Of a DNA stretch of 5,107 nt, positions 1 through 5,107 are shown piece by piece. The position numbers and the translations under genes are program-made. The first letter of the stretch is position 1, and each line of letters starts with the position of its first letter. The notes under the pieces are model-generated. The model was not told the origin of the DNA, made no database searches, and worked only from the letters and a program-made list of their open reading frames with translations. This DNA comes from PVC group bacterium (lineage in GTDB: Bacteria; GCA-001730085; JADFSZ01), in NCBI GenBank assembly GCA_022560555.1, contig JADFSZ010000130.1:1-5107 (forward strand). The letters run 5' to 3'.

Positions 1-1920
1 TGGATTGGGCGTTCCGTGGGAGCTGAGATTGAATTTCCCGTAGAAGGGATGGATGAAAAAATTCGTGTGTTTACAACCCGACCCGATACATTGTTTGGTG
101 TAACATTTGTGTCGTTAGCCGCCGAACACCCTTTGGTTGAGCGGCTCGTACGGGCGGATCCGAAGGGATACGACATTGTTCAATTTATTCAGAATATGAA
201 AAAATCCAGACTATCCGAAAAAGACCGGGCTTTGATAGAAAAAGAGGGTGTGTTCTTAAATCACTACGTGACCAATCCCCTCAACGGGGAGCGTGTTCAG
301 ATTTGGGTTGCCAATTACGCTTTGATGGAGTATGGAACAGGAGCTGTGATGGCCGTGCCGGCGCATGACCAACGTGATTTTGAATTTGCCAAAAAATATG
401 ATTTACCGATTAAAGTTGTGATTCAACCCAAAGGGGAAACACTTGATCCGAGCATTATGTCGGAAGCCTATGAATATGATGGCATTCAGGTGAGCTCCGG
501 CCTCTTTGACGGAATGGAGAATCAATGTGCCAAAAAAGCGATCACAGAACATCTCGAAAAAAATGCTTGGGGTTCCGGAAAAATTCAATACCGCTTACGG
601 GACTGGCTTTTGTCCCGTCAAAGGTACTGGGGCGCCGCGATCCCGATTATTTATTGTGAAAAGTGCGGTGAGGTTCCTGTCCCTGAAGAAGATCTTCCTG
701 TCAGACTGCCCGAAAATGTCACGTTTGTCAAAGAAGGCGGAAACCCACTAGCGCGAACGGATGAATTTATCCATGCGAAATGCCCCCGGTGCCATCAAGA
801 TGCCCGAAGAGAAACGGATACTATGGACACCTTTGTGGATTCTAGTTGGTATTTTCTTCGTTTCCTTTCAAATCGGGAAGACAAAAAAGTGTTTGACCAA
901 AAAACGGTTAACGCGTGGCTTCCGATTGACTTATATATCGGAGGTATTGAGCACGCAACGATGCATTTGATATATTTTCGTTTTTTCACGAAAGTTTTAC
1001 ATGATTTAGGATTGATTGGTTTTGATGAGCCGGCGAAGAGGTTGTTTTGTCAGGGGATGGTATGTAAAACGGCGTATTACAGCGAAGAGGATAAATGGCT
1101 GACCCAAGACGAAGTCACAAAAAAAGTCAAGGATGGGAAAACCGTCCTGATTTCGAAAAAAAGCGGTTCATGCGTCTCGTCCGAAATCGCAAAAATGTCT
1201 AAAACCAAACTTAATACGGTCAATCCCGATGAAATATTTGATCGATTCGGAGCCGATACCGTAAGGCTTTATATGTTAAGCGACGCGCCGCCGGATCGTG
1301 ATCAAATCTGGAGCGAAGAAGGTGTGATGGGCGCGCACCGGTTTATTCAAAGGTTTTGGCGCCTCTTCGAGGAACAAGGGGCTCGTTTTCAGAGGGGGGA
1401 GAGTTACGATGGGGATGGATCGGATTTGGATAAATCCAGCCGTCATTTGTGGAGAAAAACGCATGAGACGATCCAAAAATTTACGTCGGATGTTGAAGGT
1501 AATTTTCAATTCAACACGGCGATCAGCAAAGTGATGGAACTGCTAAAGGAATTGCGGAACCATTTAGAGGCCAATGCCGGTGTTGTCCGTGAAACATTTC
1601 AAACGATGATCTTACTTTTGGCGCCAATTATTCCTCATGTATCGGAAGAGCTCTGGCAAAAATTCGGGAATAAAGAATCCGTTTTTAAAGCTCATTGGCC
1701 GGAGGTTCGCGAATGTGCTTTAGAAAAAGATGAAGTTGAAATTGTTTTTCAGATAAATGGTAAATTAAAAAATAAAAAAACTGTCCCTATGGATTTAGAC
1801 GTTAAAGCATTGGAGCAGTTGGTGCTTGGTGATGAGAAAATGAAGAGCGCTTTAGAGGGAAAACAGGTTTTAAAGGTTATTTGCGTGAAAAATAAACTCG
1901 CGAATGTGGTGGCCAAATAG
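1..1920 (+). CDS. leuS: Leucyl-tRNA synthetase (class I aaRS), 5'-truncated by the window edge; about 639 C-terminal codons present
   Basis: Frame 1 is open from base 1 (W-I-G-R-S-V-G-A-E..., matching the conserved WIGRSxG block just before the CP1 editing domain). The track start at 16 is therefore an internal GTG, not the real start. CP1 editing-domain motifs are present: TTRPDTLFG and GTGAVMAVPAHDQRDFEF. Also present are YRLRDWLLSRQRYWG, a CxxC...CxxC zinc knuckle (Cys codons 655/664 and 781/790), ETDTMDTFVDSSWYF, GGIEHATMHLIYFRFF, and a KMSKS-class signature as KMSKT (1192-1206). The C-terminal tRNA-binding tail is typical (VFQINGKLK...KLANVVAK). Stop TAG at 1918-1920. Confidence 0.97.
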   Translation, partial: WIGRSVGAEIEFPVEGMDEKIRVFTTRPDTLFGVTFVSLAAEHPLVERLVRADPKGYDIVQFIQNMKKSRLSEKDRALIEKEGVFLNHYVTNPLNGERVQIWVANYALMEYGTGAVMAVPAHDQRDFEFAKKYDLPIKVVIQPKGETLDPSIMSEAYEYDGIQVSSGLFDGMENQCAKKAITEHLEKNAWGSGKIQYRLRDWLLSRQRYWGAAIPIIYCEKCGEVPVPEEDLPVRLPENVTFVKEGGNPLARTDEFIHAKCPRCHQDARRETDTMDTFVDSSWYFLRFLSNREDKKVFDQKTVNAWLPIDLYIGGIEHATMHLIYFRFFTKVLHDLGLIGFDEPAKRLFCQGMVCKTAYYSEEDKWLTQDEVTKKVKDGKTVLISKKSGSCVSSEIAKMSKTKLNTVNPDEIFDRFGADTVRLYMLSDAPPDRDQIWSEEGVMGAHRFIQRFWRLFEEQGARFQRGESYDGDGSDLDKSSRHLWRKTHETIQKFTSDVEGNFQFNTAISKVMELLKELRNHLEANAGVVRETFQTMILLLAPIIPHVSEELWQKFGNKESVFKAHWPEVRECALEKDEVEIVFQINGKLKNKKTVPMDLDVKALEQLVLGDEKMKSALEGKQVLKVICVKNKLANVVAK

Positions 1921-1943
1921 TTCGGAGTTAAGAGTTCGGAGTT
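1919..1943 (+). repeat. Direct repeat AGTTCGGAGTT x2 (14-bp period) beginning inside the leuS TAG stop
   Basis: Bases 1919-1929 and 1933-1943 are identical 11-mers separated by AAG. Each contains an SD-like GGAG (1924-1927, 1938-1941) with no start codon at a usable distance. Confidence 0.85.
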
Positions 1944-1944
1944 C

Positions 1945-1984
1945 GCCAGGCATTCCGTAGCTCTTCGATCTACGAAATCCTGGC
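1945..1984 (+). other. Interrupted inverted repeat / potential RNA hairpin in the leuS-tmk spacer (not a canonical terminator)
   Basis: GCCAGG (1945-1950) pairs with CCTGGC (1979-1984), and the inner CGTAG (1956-1960) pairs with CTACG (1970-1974). The loop is 9 nt (1961-1969), with a 5/4-nt internal loop. It is followed by ACGAGCTTTCAGGG, which has only three T, so it lacks a U-tract. Confidence 0.5.
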
Positions 1985-2013
1985 ACGAGCTTTCAGGGTT
2001 CCAGTCTCGGGAT

Positions 2014-2020
2014 GAAGGAG
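2014..2020 (+). promoter_or_regulatory. Shine-Dalgarno for tmk (GAAGGAG)
   Basis: The AGGAG core at 2016-2020 lies 8 nt upstream of the ATG at 2029. The spacing is far too short for the TTG at 2023 used by the ORF track. Confidence 0.7.
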
Positions 2021-2028
2021 AATTGTGT

Positions 2029-2658
2029 ATGGTAATCAGTCGAGGGAAGTTTATAACGTTTGAAGGATGTGATGGGTGCGGTAAAACCACACAGGCCTCT
2101 ATGCTTGCCGGTCATCTACGGCAATCCGGATATGCGGTTGTCGAAACTCGAGAACCGGGAGGAACCACGGTCGGCGAAAAAATTCGACAGATCCTCTTAG
2201 ATAAAAGCATACCCGATCTTTCACATATGAGTGAACTTTTATTGTTTACGGCGGCTCGTGTGGAGCATGTTCGCACCATCATTAAACCCGCGATCGCCAA
2301 AGGGGAATGGGTGATTTGTGACCGTTTTTTTGACGCGACACTCGCTTATCAGGGATATGGACTTGGGCTTGATAAAAAGATGGTGCAGGATCTTCACAAG
2401 TGTTGTTTAGGCGGCTTTGAACCTGACTTGACGGTATTTTTAGAGCGTGATGTCGTCCAAGGGCTTGAAAACTGCCGTGATCCGGATCGGATAGAAATCC
2501 GGATGGATGATTTTCATAAGAGAGTTTATGAAGGATATCAGGATATATGTCTGAAAAATCCGGATCGAGTTAAGAAAATCCGTGTCAAAGAATCCATTGA
2601 GGATACACAAAAAGCGGTTCGAAATTTGATGGTCGCGAACTTCGGAGCTAAGTTATGA
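2029..2658 (+). CDS. tmk: Thymidylate kinase (dTMP kinase)
   Basis: The N-terminus MVISRGKFITFEGCDGCGKTTQ carries the Tmk FITFEG-x-DG-x-GKTT P-loop (2065-2088). It is followed by the TREPGGT dTMP-binding motif, the DRF..A(S/T)LAYQG motif, and a LID-like RDPDRIE segment. I prefer ATG 2029 over the track TTG 2023 on SD spacing and typical Tmk N-terminal length. Stop TGA at 2656-2658. Confidence 0.93.
   Translation: MVISRGKFITFEGCDGCGKTTQASMLAGHLRQSGYAVVETREPGGTTVGEKIRQILLDKSIPDLSHMSELLLFTAARVEHVRTIIKPAIAKGEWVICDRFFDATLAYQGYGLGLDKKMVQDLHKCCLGGFEPDLTVFLERDVVQGLENCRDPDRIEIRMDDFHKRVYEGYQDICLKNPDRVKKIRVKESIEDTQKAVRNLMVANFGAKL
2644..2647 (+). promoter_or_regulatory. Shine-Dalgarno for holB (GGAG) embedded in the tmk 3' end
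   Basis: GGAG lies 7 nt upstream of ATG 2655. The holB start overlaps the tmk stop as ATGA (2655-2658), a classic translational-coupling junction. Confidence 0.6.
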
Positions 2659-3572
2659 GCACCATAAATCAGGCTCAAATTAATATACCTCACGCGCTAT
2701 TAGAGGCAGCTAAAAACGATAAGCTGAGTCACGCGTATATTTTAAGCGGAAAAGAAACAGGGGAGCTTCTTGATATCGCGAAAGCATTCATAGCTTACCT
2801 CTCTCAGGAAAATGGCATATGTATCACGGACCCGCATCCGGATGTTCATATCATCAAACCGCAGGGATTGGGCGGGCAAATTCGGATTGATCCCCTGTAC
2901 GAGATGCAGGCGCAAATCGCTTTGTCTCCCATGTCAGGTTGGATGCATACGGTGATTATTGAAAGCGCGGACAAAATGAACCGCGATAGTTTTAACACGC
3001 TCTTAAAAGTTTTGGAAGAACCGACAGGCAGGACACTGTTTTTGCTTTTGGTGAAAAATCCTTCTCAGTTGGCACCCACCATACGTTCGCGGTGTCAAAC
3101 GATTCGAATGTCCAAAACGGATCGTTCAGAGAAATGGCGGGAAGATGAACAGTATATCGCTTTAAGAAATTTGCTTCATGAAAGCCTTTTTAAGATTCAT
3201 CAAGATCGTGATATTTGCCTGATATTTGATCTTTCCGAGAAGTTGCACCGGGATATGTCTGCGATCAAAAAGCGCCGGCAAGATGACTCGCATCGAAAAT
3301 ATCTCGAAATGATATTTCAAATTGTCTTGTACTGGTATCGCGATGTGACAGTTTTAAAGATGGGGCCCACTGAAAATATTATCAATAGTGATTCACTCGA
3401 TCGTCTAAATGAATTTATTGCTATGGATCCGGAAGCCGGCGGATTTCTCGTGATCGAGAATATTTACAAAAAAACCCGGTTGATGGATATCAATGTAAAC
3501 ACACGATTACTCATGGACAATTTATTCCTCGATGCCGTAGGAATTCAAAGAATAGGAGAGACTTATGTTTAG
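2655..3572 (+). CDS. holB: DNA polymerase III delta-prime subunit (clamp-loader AAA+ family), reduced form
   Basis: The clamp-loader box pattern is present: LSHAYILSG at the Walker-A position, IIESADKM at the Walker-B/DExx position, NTLLKVLEEP, and the sensor-1/arginine-finger SRC motif in TIRSRCQ (SRC codons 3087-3095). The length of 305 aa and the position immediately downstream of tmk match the widely conserved tmk-holB arrangement. Stop TAG at 3570-3572. Confidence 0.85.
   Translation: MSTINQAQINIPHALLEAAKNDKLSHAYILSGKETGELLDIAKAFIAYLSQENGICITDPHPDVHIIKPQGLGGQIRIDPLYEMQAQIALSPMSGWMHTVIIESADKMNRDSFNTLLKVLEEPTGRTLFLLLVKNPSQLAPTIRSRCQTIRMSKTDRSEKWREDEQYIALRNLLHESLFKIHQDRDICLIFDLSEKLHRDMSAIKKRRQDDSHRKYLEMIFQIVLYWYRDVTVLKMGPTENIINSDSLDRLNEFIAMDPEAGGFLVIENIYKKTRLMDINVNTRLLMDNLFLDAVGIQRIGETYV
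3554..3558 (+). promoter_or_regulatory. Shine-Dalgarno for ricT (AGGAG) embedded in the holB 3' end
   Basis: AGGAG lies 6 nt upstream of ATG 3565. The ricT start overlaps the last 8 nt of holB (3565-3572). Confidence 0.7.
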
Positions 3573-4446
3573 AATCGTCAGAGTACGCCGGCGGAAAATG
3601 GGAAAAACATTTCATTATAAATGCGGAGCCCTGAGCCTTGAAAATGGGGACATGGTTATTCTTCAGGTCGACCGGGGCAATGATTACGGAGAAGTTGTTT
3701 CCAATGTGGAGGATATAGATGACAAAAAACAAGATCAGTCCATGAAAGAGATAAAAAGACGGGCCAGCGAAGGCGATCTCAAAATAATCGAGGAGAACGA
3801 AATAAAAGCTGAAGAGTGTAAAAAAGTGTGTTCTAAAAAAATCAAAGAATTTCATTTAGCTATGAAACTTGCTGCCGTTGAATACTCGTTTGACCGGACG
3901 CAAATTGTTGTATATTTTACGGCTGACGGCCGTATTGATTTTAGAGCGCTCGTTAAAGATCTCGCGAATATTTTTCGTGTCCGGATCGAGTTAAGACAAA
4001 TTGGTGTGAGAGATGAGGCCAAGATGCTTGGGGGGTACGGCATCTGCGGCCGGACCTTATGCTGTTCGTCTTTTTTAAAGGATTTTACTCCTGTGACGGT
4101 TCGGATGGCAAAAGATCAGCGACTCCCTTTAAATCCAAGTAAAATATCCGGTGTGTGCGGTCGATTGATGTGTTGCCTAATCTATGAACATGATTCGTAT
4201 AAGGAGCTGATGAAGGCGATGCCGAGAGAAGGGACTGTTCTGAATCTGCCGGAAGGGAAATGCCGTGTTATGGACATTAATATCCTACAACAAAGCATAC
4301 ATGTCCAATTTGAAGACGGACGAAGAGTTCAAATGGAAGTTTCAAACATCCCCGGGCATAGTTCGATTAAAAGCAAATGGGCGGATTTTAAGGATGTGAT
4401 CCAAAGAGATGACATGGAGCTGAAAAAGCTTGAAGGAACAATGTAA
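3565..4446 (+). CDS. ricT: PSP1 C-terminal domain protein, RicT/YaaT family (Fe-S-binding regulator in Bacillus)
   Basis: The core is highly conserved: FTADGRIDFRALVKDLANIFRVRIELRQIGVRDEAKMLGGYGICGRTLCCSSFLKDFTPVTVRMAKDQRLPLNPSKISGVCGRLMCCLIYEHDSY. This is the PSP1/YaaT signature, including two C-x4-CC motifs (CGRTLCC 4045-4065 and CGRLMCC 4156-4176). The N-terminus (MFRIVRVRRRKMGK...) follows the usual YaaT pattern as I recall it. The position directly after holB matches the conserved holB-yaaT synteny. Stop TAA at 4444-4446. Confidence 0.88.
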   Translation: MFRIVRVRRRKMGKTFHYKCGALSLENGDMVILQVDRGNDYGEVVSNVEDIDDKKQDQSMKEIKRRASEGDLKIIEENEIKAEECKKVCSKKIKEFHLAMKLAAVEYSFDRTQIVVYFTADGRIDFRALVKDLANIFRVRIELRQIGVRDEAKMLGGYGICGRTLCCSSFLKDFTPVTVRMAKDQRLPLNPSKISGVCGRLMCCLIYEHDSYKELMKAMPREGTVLNLPEGKCRVMDINILQQSIHVQFEDGRRVQMEVSNIPGHSSIKSKWADFKDVIQRDDMELKKLEGTM

Positions 4447-4450
4447 GAAC

Positions 4451-4485
4451 CGTAAATGGTAAATCGTAAACGGTAAATGGTAAAA
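4451..4485 (+). repeat. Tandem heptamer array, 5 x SGTAAAY (equivalently 2.5 x 14 bp CGTAAAYGGTAAAT)
   Basis: The array reads CGTAAAT GGTAAAT CGTAAAC GGTAAAT GGTAAAA, with the GTAAA core at exact 7-nt phasing (cores start at 4452, 4459, 4466, 4473, 4480). A degenerate GTAAG copy at 4443-4447 overlaps the ricT stop codon. Confidence 0.9.
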
Positions 4486-4609
4486 AGGAAATTGAAAAAA
4501 CGCGGGACAAAAACCTATAGAATAAAAATCAATAAATTCATTTATGGATTCTTGACAAATAAAAAACCTTATTTCCCCCATTCGCGAATCACAAATACCC
4601 ATTAATTGA

Positions 4610-5107
4610 ATGAGCATACAAATTATAAATGAAATAAAAGAAGTTATCTATGACGCGCTTTCCCGTATAGGGAAAGAGTATGAAATTGACGATCATCAAA
4701 TTTCTTTAGATTGGATTCAGCTTGAGAAGCCCAAAAATGCCTCGCATGGGGATTTTTCCTGCAATATTGCCATGCAGCTTGCCAAAAACCGCATTCTGAA
4801 AAACGTCTCTCCCGGAAAAGTGGCTCAAGCCATCAGTGAGTCTGCTGTTCTCAAAGACTCAGGCTTGTTTGAAGATGTGAAGACCGCGGGCCCCGGGTTT
4901 ATTAATTTTTATCTCGATAAAAAAATATGGCAAAAAGAACTTGAGAGGATCCTGCGTGACAAGAAAAATGTCGGAAGATCCCTGCTGGGCAAAAATAAAA
5001 AAATTCATATGGAGTTTATCAGCGCAAAACCCACAGGACCGCTTCACGTCGGGCATGGAAGAGGGGCTGTTTTAGGCGATGTGTTAGCGAATTTATATGA
5101 AAAATTA
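4610..5107 (+). CDS. argS: Arginyl-tRNA synthetase (class I aaRS), N-terminal 166 codons; 3'-truncated by the window edge
   Basis: This ORF is not in the supplied track; I translated it by hand in frame 2. It reads MSIQIINEIKEVIYDALSRIGKEYEIDDHQISLDWIQLEKPKNASHGDFSCNIAMQLAKNRILKNVSPGKVAQAISESAVLKDSGLFEDVKTAGPGFINFYLDKKIWQKELERILRDKKNVGRSLLGKNKKIHMEFISAKPTGPLHVGHGRGAVLGDVLANLYEKL. ArgS hallmarks are present: the N-terminal add-1 domain pattern (E-x-P-x(3,4)-HGD(F/Y)-x-x-N-x-A-M-x-LAK), AGPGFINF, and (E/V)F(I/V)SA(N/K)PTGPLHVGH with the HIGH signature as HVGH (5045-5056). An in-frame TGA at 4607-4609 immediately precedes the ATG, so 4610 is the first possible start. There is no stop before the window end. 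Confidence 0.93.
   Translation, partial: MSIQIINEIKEVIYDALSRIGKEYEIDDHQISLDWIQLEKPKNASHGDFSCNIAMQLAKNRILKNVSPGKVAQAISESAVLKDSGLFEDVKTAGPGFINFYLDKKIWQKELERILRDKKNVGRSLLGKNKKIHMEFISAKPTGPLHVGHGRGAVLGDVLANLYEKL

Noticed and set aside
403-1509. Track ORFs inside leuS: 403-588(-), 506-751(+), 761-970(+), 795-989(-), 1276-1509(-)
   Set aside because: All lie wholly within the strongly supported leuS reading frame, either on the opposite strand or in another frame. They have no recognisable motifs and no SD. They are shadow ORFs.
1918-2031. leuS and tmk are in the same frame, separated only by one TAG and 36 stop-free codons; possible read-through LeuRS-Tmk fusion or TAG recoding
   Set aside because: A 36-codon stop-free run has roughly an 18 percent chance by (61/64)^36. 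holB also ends in TAG with a normal C-terminus. The linker translation (FGVKSSEFARHSVALRST...) looks non-protein-like. tmk has its own good SD and ATG.
2065-2088. Unusual double-Cys P-loop in Tmk (GCDGCGKT instead of the common G-x-(E/D)-G-(A/S)-GK(S/T)); possible redox sensitivity
   Set aside because: Both substituted positions are variable in the family, and I cannot quantify how rare Cys is there without a family alignment. There is no other evidence of a redox role.
1749-2090. 113-aa antisense ORF spanning the leuS 3' end, the spacer and the tmk 5' end; also 2112-2300(-)
   Set aside because: It overlaps two well-supported genes on the opposite strand. The sequence is low-complexity and motif-free, and I saw no upstream SD. 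It is most likely spurious.
3511-4043. Antisense ORFs 3511-3855(-) and 3852-4043(-); the first looks like a hydrophobic membrane peptide
   Set aside because: The hydrophobic F/L/I-rich character is the mirror image of the K/E-rich (AAA/GAA) segment of ricT on the + strand. There is no independent evidence, and the region is fully inside a confident CDS.
4492-4557. Promoter candidates for argS: consensus -35 TTGACA (4552-4557), and TTGAAA (4492-4497) + 18 bp + TATAGA (4516-4521)
   Set aside because: TTGACA has no acceptable -10 at 16-18 bp; the sequence there is TCCCCC/CCCCCA. The second pair has a non-optimal spacer and a weak -10. Neither is strong enough to call, so argS may simply be co-transcribed with ricT.
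4516-4589. ArgR (ARG-box)-like GAAT/ATTC half-sites (AGAATAAAAATCAATAAATTCA at 4519-4540) and the perfect palindrome ATTCGCGAAT (4580-4589), 21-30 nt before the argS ATG
   Set aside because: The best alignment to TNTGAATWWWWATTCANW has about four mismatches or the wrong spacer length. A perfect 10-bp palindrome is expected about five times per 5 kb by chance (1/4^5 per position). The position is suggestive, but this is not supportable as an operator.
4447-4609. T-box riboswitch or other leader RNA upstream of argS
   Set aside because: The spacer is only 163 nt and very AT-rich. It has no conserved T-box sequence, no specifier-loop/antiterminator architecture and no GC-rich terminator stem. 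Only short AT-rich complementarities are present.
4342-4617. 91-aa antisense ORF covering the entire ricT-argS spacer and overlapping both genes; also 4859-5056(-) inside argS
   Set aside because: Openness on the minus strand is explained by strand composition: the A-rich + strand gives a T-rich minus strand that is poor in stop codons. There is no SD before the ATG at 4617 and no motifs. The heptamer array translates as a repetitive FYHLPFTIYHLRF artefact.
1-5107. Search for CRISPR repeats, IS/transposon ends, integrase or att-like sites, toxin-antitoxin pairs and defence-system genes
   Set aside because: None were found. The only repeats are the two short spacer arrays described above. All long ORFs are core housekeeping genes on one strand with normal junctions.

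Overview
The window holds five co-directional (+ strand) housekeeping genes. They are the 3' ~1.9 kb of leuS (continues past the left edge), tmk, holB (DNA polymerase III delta-prime), a PSP1-domain ricT/yaaT homologue, and the first 166 codons of argS. argS continues past the right edge and is missing from the supplied ORF track because it has no stop codon in the window. tmk, holB and ricT are joined by 4-nt and 8-nt start/stop overlaps, and each has a well-spaced GGAG Shine-Dalgarno. I found no rRNA, tRNA, CRISPR array, mobile element, toxin/defence gene or convincing intrinsic terminator, and all antisense or out-of-frame track ORFs look like shadows of the real genes. I therefore do not think this window supports a claim of a new multi-gene system; it reads as a core translation/replication cluster. 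Two intergenic spacers are not explained by the gene calls, and each opens right at the upstream stop codon with a short tandem repeat of 14-bp periodicity. (1) The leuS-tmk spacer has AGTTCGGAGTT x2 followed by an interrupted hairpin with no U-tract. (2) The ricT-argS spacer has five exactly phased SGTAAAY heptamers. It also carries an unbroken relay of abutting small ORFs running from the ricT stop to 4 nt before an SD-less argS start, and these ORFs use all six Arg codons once each. The spacer observations are seen directly in the sequence, but the functional readings are hypotheses and could be coincidence.
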